Virus record (IMG/VR): IMGVR_UViG_3300034980_000290 | Source: a virus | Lineage: Duplodnaviria > Heunggongvirae > Uroviricota > Caudoviricetes | Length of the DNA stretch: 64,000 bases | Direction: 5' to 3' (one strand) | In this document: one piece after another, positions 18,494-27,647 of the stretch | How positions within the stretch are numbered: the first letter of the stretch is position 1 | Layout of the letters: each line of letters starts with the position of its first letter | The notes under the pieces: model-generated | The model's input: only the letters and a program-made list of their open reading frames with translations | The model's database searches: none | Told to the model about the DNA's origin: nothing | Made by a program: the position numbers and the translations under genes

Positions 18494-19129
18494 GTGGCGG
18501 GCCATGTGGCAGCAGCCCCACGAGAGGGCGCAGGAGATAGGCCGTTGATTTGTAGCATCTGTTCCAACCAGCACATACCAGGAGAGGTGTGCCAGGATTA
18601 TCTGGAACTGAAGGCCAAGCTGGCCCAGCTTGAGGCTCTCGTTACCTCAACACATGCGATTCCTCCAGAAATCCAGACTGTGCAGGAAGATCTGTCTTAC
18701 CTCCGCAGACAGTTGCACATAGACCGATGGGATCTTATTCGTGACGGCATGGTCATCAGTCTATGCCAACAGTGCGATGCGAACGATGAACTGAGGGAGT
18801 TCTTGCAAACCTGCCTCGGCCCTGACGTCCACATCAATGTTGACTACACAGACCTGCATGATCATGAAGAGCCGATCATCCCTGTGTGTTTCGTTCACCG
18901 CCTACGTAATACCCTTCTGCTGCCTCACTCCACACGTCTACATCACCGCATCGAAGAGGGTCAGCTGGCGATCCATGATGCAGGTGACAGGACTGTCATG
19001 AATGTGATGGGGAAAGAGGTGAGATTCCACCGTCGCGAGCAGACGCCCTACGTGCAGGGACGAGGAACGCCAGTGCCAGGGACTCCATTCATGGAGCCAG
19101 GGACAAGAGCGGGGCCAGACGGTACGTAG
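18494..19129 (+). CDS. hypothetical protein (start uncertain, possible TTG 18546)
   Basis: 211 aa; CSICSNQ...C motif and coiled-coil. Confidence 0.4.
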   Translation: MAGHVAAAPREGAGDRPLICSICSNQHIPGEVCQDYLELKAKLAQLEALVTSTHAIPPEIQTVQEDLSYLRRQLHIDRWDLIRDGMVISLCQQCDANDELREFLQTCLGPDVHINVDYTDLHDHEEPIIPVCFVHRLRNTLLLPHSTRLHHRIEEGQLAIHDAGDRTVMNVMGKEVRFHRREQTPYVQGRGTPVPGTPFMEPGTRAGPDGT

Positions 19130-19147
19130 AAACAGCCTGTCTCGCTG

Positions 19148-19210
19148 GTGTGGTGCTACCATTGTGTACGCAACCACGCGCCCGCGACAGGGCGCACAAG
19201 GAGACACGCA
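19148..19210 (+). promoter_or_regulatory. conserved promoter-leader cassette
   Basis: ggTGcTACCATtg, gcgccc-gcgaca-gggcgc hairpin, caaggagacacgcaATG. Confidence 0.45.
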
Positions 19211-19498
19211 ATGACCGAGAAGAAGTACACGGCCAAGCACGACGTCATCAACCCTGCGGACCCAACCCAGCGCACGACGGTGGAGTGGGCAGACGGCATC
19301 CGCTACTTCAAGATCACGCTCATCTGGGGCGTGGAGATCGAGTGCTGCGCCCAGCGTGTGCACTACAGCGACCCGATTGACGAGGCCGCTGCCAACGCCG
19401 TGCTGAAGGAGCTGGGACAGGACAGCTACACGGACATCATGGATGCCGTGGAAGCTGACGACGCCGAGGACTACGCTCTTGAGGAGTTGGGACGATGA
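19211..19498 (+). CDS. hypothetical protein
   Basis: 95 aa. Confidence 0.5.
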   Translation: MTEKKYTAKHDVINPADPTQRTTVEWADGIRYFKITLIWGVEIECCAQRVHYSDPIDEAAANAVLKELGQDSYTDIMDAVEADDAEDYALEELGR

Positions 19499-19767
19499 TT
19501 CGCTGGTACGCACCGGAAAGCGACGAACACGGTCGCTACACCTCCCTGATCTACGTAGGGAACGACCTGGGGACCGTCAGCAAGGGAGCCATGGGCTTTG
19601 ACCCAGACAGTTCCGTCGAGCAGCAGTACCACATGGAGGTGACCACCCTCTTCGACAGCACGATGATTCTGCTGCGGGATGATGTGCGCCGAATCATGTA
19701 CATGGGAGCGGTGGACAACGCCGACCCCGCACACGAGACCTACCTGGAGGTGCTGAACGCATGCTGA
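19495..19767 (+). CDS. hypothetical protein
   Basis: 90 aa coupled. Confidence 0.4.
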   Translation: MIRWYAPESDEHGRYTSLIYVGNDLGTVSKGAMGFDPDSSVEQQYHMEVTTLFDSTMILLRDDVRRIMYMGAVDNADPAHETYLEVLNAC

Positions 19768-20093
19768 TCTACTACGTGCAGGACATAGAGGGCGTGGTCG
19801 TCGGCGGTCACGTGGAAGCTGCGGACGTGGCAGACGCTGTCAAGATCGTCAGCGCCAGCCTGGAGGCCCGCAGCCCTGACTGTCTGGAGGTGCTGGGGCC
19901 GAACTGGATTGAGTGGTATCCGTTCCGGTGCTGCTCTCAGTTCTGGTTCTACGCCACCAAGCAGGGATGCTACAACTTCTTGGATGGGAAGGGCTGGGAC
20001 TTCGAGGACTGCATCAAGTTCCCGCACGATGACGAACGCAACCGCACCATCGCGACACGTGATCAGGTGTTGAGCGCAGAGTGGAGTGCGTAG
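19761..20093 (+). CDS. hypothetical protein
   Basis: 110 aa. Confidence 0.4.
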   Translation: MLIYYVQDIEGVVVGGHVEAADVADAVKIVSASLEARSPDCLEVLGPNWIEWYPFRCCSQFWFYATKQGCYNFLDGKGWDFEDCIKFPHDDERNRTIATRDQVLSAEWSA

Positions 20094-20100
20094 ACAAGTA

Positions 20101-20197
20101 GGCGTCTTGTACGGAAACGCCGGTCTCACCTTGGTTTGTGCTACAATACGGTACGCAGGGGCCGCATTCCGCGGCCCCACCAACCAAGGAGACCACG
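20101..20197 (+). promoter_or_regulatory. conserved promoter-leader cassette with extended upstream box
   Basis: cttgtacggaaacgccggtctcaccttggtttgTGcTACAATacgg, ggggccgc-attcc-gcggcccc hairpin, ccaaggagaccacgcATG; upstream box also present at 21570. Confidence 0.5.
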
Positions 20198-20516
20198 CAT
20201 GAAGACACAAGCGGGCAACTACCAACCATGGGCCACGATCTGTCTGTACACTGGCACAGGCACCGATCGCCAGCCCGGGCCGATCAGCGTACCGATCAAA
20301 GAGGCGCTGGAAAGCATTGAAGAAATGCTGCCCAGGCCCATGGCAGGCGACGAAGTCGTCGACATCGACGTAGACGTCATCCATGTGGCAGCCCCGGGCT
20401 GGCGAATCTCACTATTCCTCAGCGATGAGATGGGGACGAGGGAGATGGCCGCAGAGTGGGGCGACGAGGCCAACAGACTACACCTGATCGCTTGCAGGGG
20501 GCCGAACAATGACTGA
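20198..20516 (+). CDS. hypothetical protein
   Basis: 106 aa. Confidence 0.5.
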
Positions 20517-20931
20517 TCGCTACAAGGGACCGGCAGACATGGTCCCCACCCACCGGTACTCCTTCACTGGCAACGCCAGCGAGGAGTGGAGCGACCTCTT
20601 CCAATCTGCGTACCGCTACTGCCTGTGGGCCAAGGACTACGCGAAGTCCATGGGCTACCAAGATGACGACTATGTCATCAACTTCGAAGTGGGAGGATTC
20701 ACCAAGCTCAAGCACTGTCACAGCCCGTACGAGGCTGACGGAAGCGAGTGCTGCGACTCCATCACCATTTGGGCACCCAACGGGTTCGACTCCACCATGT
20801 GGGGAGAGTTCGTCGGTCACGTACTCCACAAGGTGCCCTGCGGCTATCCCGACGGCAACCTGACGATCGCAGCGCCGGGCGGTGTGCTGAACGACGAAAA
20901 GGGACTGGTCTTCCACGTGTGGCACGACTAA
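20509..20931 (+). CDS. hypothetical protein
   Basis: 140 aa. Confidence 0.45.
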   Translation: MTDRYKGPADMVPTHRYSFTGNASEEWSDLFQSAYRYCLWAKDYAKSMGYQDDDYVINFEVGGFTKLKHCHSPYEADGSECCDSITIWAPNGFDSTMWGEFVGHVLHKVPCGYPDGNLTIAAPGGVLNDEKGLVFHVWHD

Positions 20932-20941
20932 GGAGCAAGAC

Positions 20942-21154
20942 ATGACCATCAAGAAAGCAGCCTGGGTCATCCTGGGCATCATCGCTGCGCTGTGCGTCTT
21001 TGGCGCGGGCTGGGCGTCGGCACACATCCCCACCACTCCTGACGTGGGCACGTTCGTCATGCACGACGGCATCTTGACTGACAGCAGATCAGGACACTGC
21101 TGGGTGCACGAGCGTGATGGAACGTGGCGGACTCTGGGTAAGCCAGGGAAGTGA
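20942..21154 (+). CDS. small membrane protein
   Basis: TM helix AAWVILGIIAALCVFGAGWASA. Confidence 0.4.
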   Translation: MTIKKAAWVILGIIAALCVFGAGWASAHIPTTPDVGTFVMHDGILTDSRSGHCWVHERDGTWRTLGKPGK

Positions 21155-21351
21155 GAGTGACGCTGGTCATCGTGGTGCGGGGCCAGACGGAAATCGTCAG
21201 CTCCGTGCACCTAAGTCCTCACGAGGCATTGATGACTGCGGACAAGTTGATACAGACCAGCGGTAGATGGATCAAACTACCGTGCGGAGTGGAAGTGTGG
21301 GATGGTCAGGGTGTTGAAGTCAAGACTCGCATCATGAAGGTAAGACGTTGA
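21151..21351 (+). CDS. hypothetical protein
   Basis: GTG start; 66 aa. Confidence 0.3.
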   Translation: MRVTLVIVVRGQTEIVSSVHLSPHEALMTADKLIQTSGRWIKLPCGVEVWDGQGVEVKTRIMKVRR

Positions 21352-21563
21352 CCAATCCAAACTGCGAAGAGTGTGGCGGAACGGGTGTGATGGAAGTAGA
21401 TGGTGGGATGTTTGGAGAGATACCTGAAGAGCATCCGTGCAACTGCACACGGAAAGATCACAAATGGATCACAGTCAGGGAACGGGAAGCGACCAACATC
21501 GTCTGTGCCCACTGCAACGTCAGCCACTCGTCAGAGGACTCGTCTAAGCCCTGCAATCCCTGA
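21348..21563 (+). CDS. zinc-finger-like small protein
   Basis: TTG start; CEECGG...CNC...CAHC. Confidence 0.35.
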   Translation: MTNPNCEECGGTGVMEVDGGMFGEIPEEHPCNCTRKDHKWITVREREATNIVCAHCNVSHSSEDSSKPCNP

Positions 21564-21569
21564 CAAGAG

Positions 21570-21664
21570 CGTTGTACGGAAACGCTGGTCTGCCTTGGCA
21601 TGTGCTACAATACACTTGGCACGGCACGCGCAATCTTGCAGCGGGCCACGCCAGGAGACCACGC
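21570..21664 (+). promoter_or_regulatory. conserved promoter-leader cassette with extended upstream box
   Basis: gttgtacggaaacgctggtctgccttggcatgTGcTACAATacac ... gccaggagaccacgcATG. Confidence 0.5.
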
Positions 21665-21940
21665 ATGTCCACAATCAACACCGCAACCAACCCGGTCAAC
21701 TGGTTGGAAGTCCGCGCTGATTCTGCGCGGGTCATCGCCATGGAGCGCTGCACGGAAGCGTGGCTGTTCCACAGCGCCACCATGCCCTGCGACAATCCGG
21801 TGGCGCGAGACTTCGTCACGGAGCACACCACGTACGAAGGACTCATGGAAGGCGGCACACTCGTCCTTCTGTGGTACGGCGCTGCGCCGGTCAATCACGT
21901 GGTGTCCGTAGGCATCATTCCCCCCGCAGACGCACGCTAA
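21665..21940 (+). CDS. hypothetical protein
   Basis: 91 aa. Confidence 0.5.
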   Translation: MSTINTATNPVNWLEVRADSARVIAMERCTEAWLFHSATMPCDNPVARDFVTEHTTYEGLMEGGTLVLLWYGAAPVNHVVSVGIIPPADAR

Positions 21941-21949
21941 GGAGTCGTT

Positions 21950-22084
21950 ATGTCATCAACATGCAAGTGTGGCGGCAAGCTCCTCCACAAGGACGAAAAC
22001 CGATTCTGGTTCCGTGTCCAGTGCACGGTCTGCAAGGTCATCCGCAAGCAGCGGAAACGTCAATCCAAGGAGATCACGTCATGA
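21950..22084 (+). CDS. small zinc-ribbon protein (44 aa)
   Basis: aaggag RBS 21939-21944; CKCGG...CTVCK. Confidence 0.4.
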   Translation: MSSTCKCGGKLLHKDENRFWFRVQCTVCKVIRKQRKRQSKEITS

Positions 22085-22398
22085 ACAAGTGGAGCGACCA
22101 CTTTGACAACGATCGGGAGGCCGGTGGCGCTCCCGTCAAGACCGCCTACTCCATCATCGGCATGGCCATGCCCACCAACCCTGAGCGCGTGATGCTCATG
22201 GGCGGTCGTCTGCTGCGCGGGGAAGGACCCATGCAGGAAGACATCACGGACACCCTGGAGTGCATGAACGGGAACGCGTTCGTGGAGCGGCTGGGGTACG
22301 GCCTGGACGAGATTGGGTTGACGGAACACGGCGGCACGGCCCCGATCAGGGTCTACATGGCCCCAGGCGATGACGGCGGGTTCATCATCCTGGCATGA
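22081..22398 (+). CDS. hypothetical protein
   Basis: ATGA overlap; 105 aa; more plausible than track ORF 21760..22398 N-terminus. Confidence 0.4.
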   Translation: MNKWSDHFDNDREAGGAPVKTAYSIIGMAMPTNPERVMLMGGRLLRGEGPMQEDITDTLECMNGNAFVERLGYGLDEIGLTEHGGTAPIRVYMAPGDDGGFIILA

Positions 22399-22634
22399 TC
22401 TGCTTCAAGTGTCGTGTGCAAGATCAGTCTGCCACCCATGTGTGCCACAGGTGGGAAGAGGACGACTTAGCTGAGTGGAAGCCGAAAGACGGTGCCAAGT
22501 CTCGTCATGGTGTCATGTCAGGAGCAGTGGTGAGACTTATCACTCAGCAGAAGCACACAGACGGATCAACATGGTGGCAGACTGACCATCATGGAGTCAG
22601 GGTACCGGAGGCTGAACTCCACATCTGGGATTAG
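22395..22634 (+). CDS. Cys/His small protein
   Basis: 79 aa, CFKCRVQDQSATHVCH. Confidence 0.4.
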   Translation: MICFKCRVQDQSATHVCHRWEEDDLAEWKPKDGAKSRHGVMSGAVVRLITQQKHTDGSTWWQTDHHGVRVPEAELHIWD

Positions 22635-22639
22635 GCCAG

Positions 22640-23583
22640 TAGCATTGACACCCTCGATTGACAGTATCGTCAGCTGAACAGTCGCCAACGACACGACCAT
22701 AGGAAGACTTCATCTCTGTTCACAGATTCGTTCCCTACATAGGGGATAGGGGACCGAAAGACAGCTGAAGACTGACCACCACCCCCAGACGAAGAAGTGA
22801 AAGACACTGAGACCGATAGGTGCTCCAAGGGCCTACCTCCCCCTACCCCTGAGCCAGACCACAGAGAGACCAAGAGAGACAAGATAGAGCACCAGAGAGT
22901 ACATACTCCGTCTTGGAGTGAGATACGAGCGAGAGAGATTTTGCCTGTCTCATCTCTCTATTTCAGTCGTCCTTAGACGGATCCCGGCGTAGATCAGTAC
23001 GGATCCGCATATTCTTGGCATCTCGTTAGCCAGAAAAGTTCCTGTCTTATCCGGATCTCCGGAACAGATACAGATCTTGACACGGAAATAGATCTGGATC
23101 TGCATAGACAGAAAGATAACGAGAGATACGGATCCGCATAGATCAAGATCCTTTTGTCTACTTTTGCCTACCCTCGAGACACCCTCTCGACGGATAGACG
23201 GAAGTCACGGACCACAGATGTGCCCAGGAAGGTACTTCCCCTGCCCGTTCCGCACAGACGTGACCAGACTGACGCACTGCTGTGGGTAGGCCCATATATT
23301 CTTGGTGCCTTCTTGTGCGTTCTTAGCCCCTATCCTGCCCAGACGTGTTGCCTGCGGCCACCAGCGCCCACCACCTGGTCTGTGGTGGATCACAAGCCAT
23401 CAAAATCTCGTATCTCCAGAAGACTACAGATAGCGTGGGGTTCTGCAGATGAATCCGGATATCTACTTCTTGGGCTTCTACGGCATCTAACACGGAAGCT
23501 GTGGGGTATGTGGCACGTGTGCCGTATAATAGGGTACACACGCAACCAGTGGCACACGTGCCACATAACCAAGGAGCACACGC
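22640..23583. repeat. non-coding lower-GC region with AG-rich tract, GATC cluster and direct repeats (candidate origin/regulatory region)
   Basis: 10 GATC sites in 22977-23151; acggatccgcata x2; TTAGCCAGAAAAGTTCNTGTCTTATC copy 1 at 23022-23050 (copy 2 at 24483-24511). Confidence 0.5.
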
Positions 23584-23847
23584 ATGTCAATCAACAACAA
23601 CCTTACCCAACACCAACTCTTCCAGCTTGGCTACGCAGCCGCGCCGGAAGGGTGCAAGGAAGTCATCCGTAACGCAGAGCTGCTGAAGGCGCGAGGCAAC
23701 AAGCACACGCTGGCCCTGATGGCAGACGGCCAGCACGCGCTGGCCACACGGATGGGCGCAGAGCGGGACCAGTGCTGGCAGGCTGTGCGGCACATGGTCA
23801 TCACCCAAGACTGGAGCAATCTGGCAGGCAACCGCTACACACGGTAG
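23584..23847 (+). CDS. hypothetical protein
   Basis: 87 aa, directly after cassette ccaaggagcacacgcATG. Confidence 0.5.
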   Translation: MSINNNLTQHQLFQLGYAAAPEGCKEVIRNAELLKARGNKHTLALMADGQHALATRMGAERDQCWQAVRHMVITQDWSNLAGNRYTR

Positions 23848-23906
23848 TCATCCCAAAGGGGTGGGGCAGCCCACCCCTCCTGACCACACAAGGAGTGTTG
23901 CTACTA

Positions 23907-24080
23907 ATGGATCTCCGAAATATCCCTCTGTTAGCTCAGACAGAGGAAGCATGGCAAGCCCACCTTCGAATGATGGATGAGTTGCTTTTAGAGGTTGAAA
24001 GCGCAGTCCGAGCTATAGACCGCGCTGATAAGGTGGTTCATACCCGCCTGGAGCAGCTGAGCAAGGAGGAGTTGACATGA
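23907..24080 (+). CDS. small hypothetical protein (57 aa)
   Basis: caaggag RBS 23889-23895. Confidence 0.4.
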   Translation: MDLRNIPLLAQTEEAWQAHLRMMDELLLEVESAVRAIDRADKVVHTRLEQLSKEELT

Positions 24081-24172
24081 TGCCATTCATCGTGGCAGTG
24101 ATCGTGGGAGTGATCCTGGGTGCGGGATTGTGCGTGATAGACACACGCATCGGATCGGAGTACGACGCATGA
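24077..24172 (+). CDS. tiny membrane protein (31 aa)
   Basis: MMPFIVAVIVGVILGAGLCVI; ATGA overlaps. Confidence 0.25.
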   Translation: MMPFIVAVIVGVILGAGLCVIDTRIGSEYDA

Positions 24173-24375
24173 ACAGCAAGATCTTGAGCGGATGCGTGGT
24201 GGCAGGTCTACTCTTGGCCATGCTGGCCACGGAGTACAGATGGGCAGCGATGGTGGTCACAGGTCTGTGGTGCACGGCTGCGCTGGCCATCCTGATCGCT
24301 GCCGGGCTGTACGTGGCAGACAAGGAACAGGCGGAGAGAGGCATACAGAGCACAGATCAGTACCAGGATCTGTAG
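24169..24375 (+). CDS. small two-TM membrane protein
   Basis: MNSKILSGCVVAGLLLAMLA...LWCTAALAILIAAGLYV. Confidence 0.4.
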   Translation: MNSKILSGCVVAGLLLAMLATEYRWAAMVVTGLWCTAALAILIAAGLYVADKEQAERGIQSTDQYQDL

Positions 24376-24589
24376 CAGACAAACAAAGACAGCGTGTGAC
24401 TCCTACGGAGGTGAGGATTTGCGCCTTGGATGGGCGTACGTTCTCACCTCCATCTTAGCCACCTTTGGTCTAGAGGTGAATTCGTTAGCCAGAAAAGTTC
24501 GTGTCTTATCTAGATATCCAGACTGAGAGACTGAGAGAGACTGAGAGACTCTCGAACAATCCGAAAAACGTCTGTCTTGTCTGGGCTGG

Positions 24590-25365
24590 GAGAGCTGCGG
24601 CATTTTGCCGCAGCAGTGCGGCATTCTGCCGCACCCTACATCTTGTGGTGCGGCATTCTGCCACACCAGTGCGGCATTTTGCCGCGGCACGTATGGCACG
24701 GGATTTGTTTCGGCACGGGATTTGTTTCGGCACGGGATTTGTTTCGGCACGGCACGTGCCATGGCACGGGATTTGTTTCGGCACGGCACGTGCCATGGCA
24801 CGGCATGTGCTACGCGCGGGTGGTGCTAAAGAGAAACGGCATAATCCGGGTGTCCACTTTTGAGGACACGGGTGTCCACTTTTGGGGAATGGCACAAGTG
24901 CCTGCCACGGCGGCACTTATGGCATGGCACGTAGGAATTGAGGGTATTGAGTGTCCTCTTTTGAGGACACCCGGGTTTGTATGCAACGTCCGTGCCACAA
25001 GCGGCACAAAGTATTTTTCTGGCATAAGCGTATGGCATATATAGACTTATGGCATGGCACGTATGGTCCGTCCGTCCGTCCGTCCATCTGGCACGGCCGT
25101 TGCTCTATGATGGGTGTCGGTGGCACAAAGCCAGGGCGCAAGGCCCGTCGACCCCGAATAGGGTTTACAGTTTACGTCCGCACCATATGGCGCGGACATG
25201 CATGCAAGTAGCAGGCACGGATCGCACGCACACGCCATCGCCAACCGGGGAACCGGGACCACTCGCCATGGCATGCCACTCGGGTTCCGGTACTACTTGC
25301 ATGCATGTCCGTGCCGTACGGTGTGGGCATTTCAACGCAACACGCAAACGATAGGAGACACGCAA
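24590..25365. repeat. iteron/palindrome array (candidate replication origin or operator cluster)
   Basis: gcggcattYtgccgc inverted repeat x4 (24597-24685); 17-mer ggcacgggatttgtttc x4 (24695-24779); gtgtccacttttgaggacac palindromes (24848-24972); ttatggcatggcacgta x2; (gtcc)5 microsatellite near 25066-25085; pervasive GGCAC/GTGCC half-sites. Confidence 0.6.
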
Positions 25366-25366
25366 C

Positions 25367-26044
25367 ATGACACGCAAAAAGAACACGGACAAGGCGGCCC
25401 CGGTGGTCGAAGCGGCGGCCCCGGTGGTCGAAGCGGCGGCCCCGGAAGCGGCGGCACCCACGGCACCCACGGCGGCCCCGGTGGCGGCCCCGGTGGACGC
25501 GGCCCCCACGGTCCGCCCCATCACGTGGGACGATGACGCGGCCCCGCCCACCATGGCGGACCTTCGGACGGCGGCCAGTGCCGTCCGCACGGGTTCGGCG
25601 GGCTGGTGGTACATGCACGCGCCGGACGGCAAGTTCGGCAACGGTGGCAAGCGGTACACCCACCGTCTGGCCATCGTGGACGGCATCGGCGATGCCCTTC
25701 CGGACGGTACGCGCCCCATCAACGGCGTGCGCTTCGTCGGGTTGACCTTCGACGCGGACGGCACGGTTGACCCGGCCGGGTGCGCTTCGTGGGTGCCCTC
25801 GACACGCGACCCGGCCCATGCGCCCATGGTCAAGGCGGACGGTCGCACGGTGGCGGGTTTGCCCTCCACGGCGGGCAACGGTGGCCCCGCCCCGCAGTGC
25901 GCGGACACCCGGGGCGCGCGCATCACGCTGCACCCCAACGTGGACGCGGACGGCACCCCGACCATGGTGGTGTCCGGTGCCAAGGGGGGCGCGTACAGTC
26001 TCTCCGGCATCGTGGACGCGGACGGCACCCCGCTGGCACTGTGA
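25367..26044 (+). CDS. Pro/Ala-rich protein with W-YMHAP-FG-GG-RY motif (paralog of 12161..12688)
   Basis: cassette ataggagacacgcaacATG; 21-nt in-frame tandem repeat gcggccccggtggtcgaagcg x2; GWWYMHAPDGKFGNGGKRYTHRLAIVDG. Confidence 0.55.
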   Translation: MTRKKNTDKAAPVVEAAAPVVEAAAPEAAAPTAPTAAPVAAPVDAAPTVRPITWDDDAAPPTMADLRTAASAVRTGSAGWWYMHAPDGKFGNGGKRYTHRLAIVDGIGDALPDGTRPINGVRFVGLTFDADGTVDPAGCASWVPSTRDPAHAPMVKADGRTVAGLPSTAGNGGPAPQCADTRGARITLHPNVDADGTPTMVVSGAKGGAYSLSGIVDADGTPLAL

Positions 26045-26614
26045 AGGCGGTAGCGGCGGCCCTGCTTCTGGCATGGGCCGCCGCCCTCATCGGGGCCGGG
26101 GCCGCCATGGCCCGTGCCATGGTGGCCGTGGCACGTGACCCCGACCCTGACACGGACGGCGCCCCGTAAGGGGTGTGCAATCCTGCCACACCCCCACCTG
26201 TAGGGGGTGTGGCATCCTGCCACGGCACGGCGGCGGCACGGCACACCACAACATATGGTGTGTAAAGTTTGGTTTACCTACGACATTTTGTACCCCCCCC
26301 GGGGGTGCTTGCCGAGAGCGGCCAAGCTCATGACATTGAAGCCTCAAGCATCGAGAACCCGTTCGTGAGAGGTATGGTAGTGAACAAACCCCATCGGTGT
26401 TACTCGAAGAGATGACTGGTTACAGAGGTCATCTCAACCCGCCAGACCGGCAACAGACCAGAACAAACCCGAAAGGGCACATCGGCACCCAAAAACTCGT
26501 ACTTCGTAGCAGCGGCCAGCCACCGCACTCCAATCATGGCACAGGCGGCTTCGCCTCCCTGAACGCTGGTACGTTGGATAGGGGCCGCGTTTCAAAAATC
26601 TCGTAGGGGGTAAG

Positions 26615-27202
26615 ATGGACGCAGTAGAGGTTGAACTGACACCCGAAAATCAGCGAAGGCTGGACGGGGGTTTCACGTATCACGGCATTGACGGGTGGAA
26701 GGCTCCTGACTTCGCAGTGGCGCTGGTTGGTGCGTGGCCCGCTGTGCTGAAGATCGATGCGTATCTTGATGCGCTGAAGGGTGCTTTTGACAAAGGGCGC
26801 CGTGGACTCATTCCCATCACTCAGGGCAGCTCGTGGGAGATGAATTTCAATGACGGGGCAGAGATGGCCGCCAAGGCCGTTGAGCGTCAGGAGGGCGTAG
26901 AGCCCAACACACGTGACGCCTACGCCCGCGTGTGCCGAGGCGTGAAGAAGGGCGCCAAGGCTGGTGAGCAGAGCGTGGGTCGCGTGCCCAGTGGCATGCT
27001 GAAAGCCATCATGGACGTCAAGTACGATGACGGCTTGGAGGCTGCGGCGGTGATTGCGCAGGGAGCTGACTACGAAGACAGCGATGACTGCGCCGAGCAG
27101 ATACGGCGGCTGAAGAAGAACGCCCCCATCCCCAACCACCCTGATCAGCTGGACCTGCCCTTCAGCGATGGGCACGTGGCGGTGCCTGACGATGAGTGTT
27201 GA
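26615..27202 (+). CDS. hypothetical protein
   Basis: 195 aa. Confidence 0.45.
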   Translation: MDAVEVELTPENQRRLDGGFTYHGIDGWKAPDFAVALVGAWPAVLKIDAYLDALKGAFDKGRRGLIPITQGSSWEMNFNDGAEMAAKAVERQEGVEPNTRDAYARVCRGVKKGAKAGEQSVGRVPSGMLKAIMDVKYDDGLEAAAVIAQGADYEDSDDCAEQIRRLKKNAPIPNHPDQLDLPFSDGHVAVPDDEC

Positions 27203-27647
27203 AGAGCAAGTGATGGAATACGAAGGCAGGGACAGACTTGAGCGATTTGCGCTCAAGCACAAGCTGGCGATTGAGCTGGAAGGCGAGGTCGGCTTCGGGC
27301 GTGAGTGCGTTGGGCTGACGCACGGCAACAACTACATCGGCTATCACCCATGGGTGTACAAGCAGAACGGAACGCTGCACCCGGACCTGGTGGAGCACCC
27401 CGATCCCAAGATCATGGACCCGCGCCTGAAACCGCCGAAGGGTTACGCCCCGGATGCCTATCATAAGCACACATGCGTCTGCGTCTTGGGCCGCAGCCCT
27501 GATGCCATCGCTCAACTGGTGGCGTGGGCAGACTACTACGAAGAGCTGGGCGTGGAGGCCGTGGACTACGAGACCGGCGCTACCGGCTTGCAGGCCATGA
27601 TGACCGGCGTGCTGGGCAAAGCCTTCGCCGTACTGGAGCTTGAGTGA
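27192..27647 (+). CDS. hypothetical protein
   Basis: 151 aa; stop overlaps thyA start. Confidence 0.4.
   Translation: MSVEEQVMEYEGRDRLERFALKHKLAIELEGEVGFGRECVGLTHGNNYIGYHPWVYKQNGTLHPDLVEHPDPKIMDPRLKPPKGYAPDAYHKHTCVCVLGRSPDAIAQLVAWADYYEELGVEAVDYETGATGLQAMMTGVLGKAFAVLELE

Noticed and set aside
21760-22398. 212-aa track ORF
   Set aside because: N-terminal Arg/His-rich half is an out-of-gene read-through. Replaced by RBS-supported 21950-22084 and 22081-22398.
24590-24800. Possible CRISPR array
   Set aside because: Repeats are heterogeneous (two families), irregularly spaced, partly tandem without spacers. No cas genes.
24501-25354. Multiple overlapping ORFs on both strands inside the iteron region
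   Set aside because: They read through tandem and inverted DNA repeats (repetitive Cys/His/Gly peptides). More parsimonious as non-coding repeats.
26200-26235. sigma-54 (-24/-12) promoter resemblance TGGCAT...
   Set aside because: No TTGC -12 element at correct spacing. The motif is part of the GTGGCA-N3-TGCCAC palindrome family.
25165-26244. 359-aa minus-strand ORF and 25172..26074 sibling
   Set aside because: Antisense to the 25367 gene and the repeat region. Arg/Gly/Pro-rich composition.
26397-26606. 69-aa ORF in intergenic region
   Set aside because: No RBS and odd composition. Region better explained as the leader of the 26615 gene.
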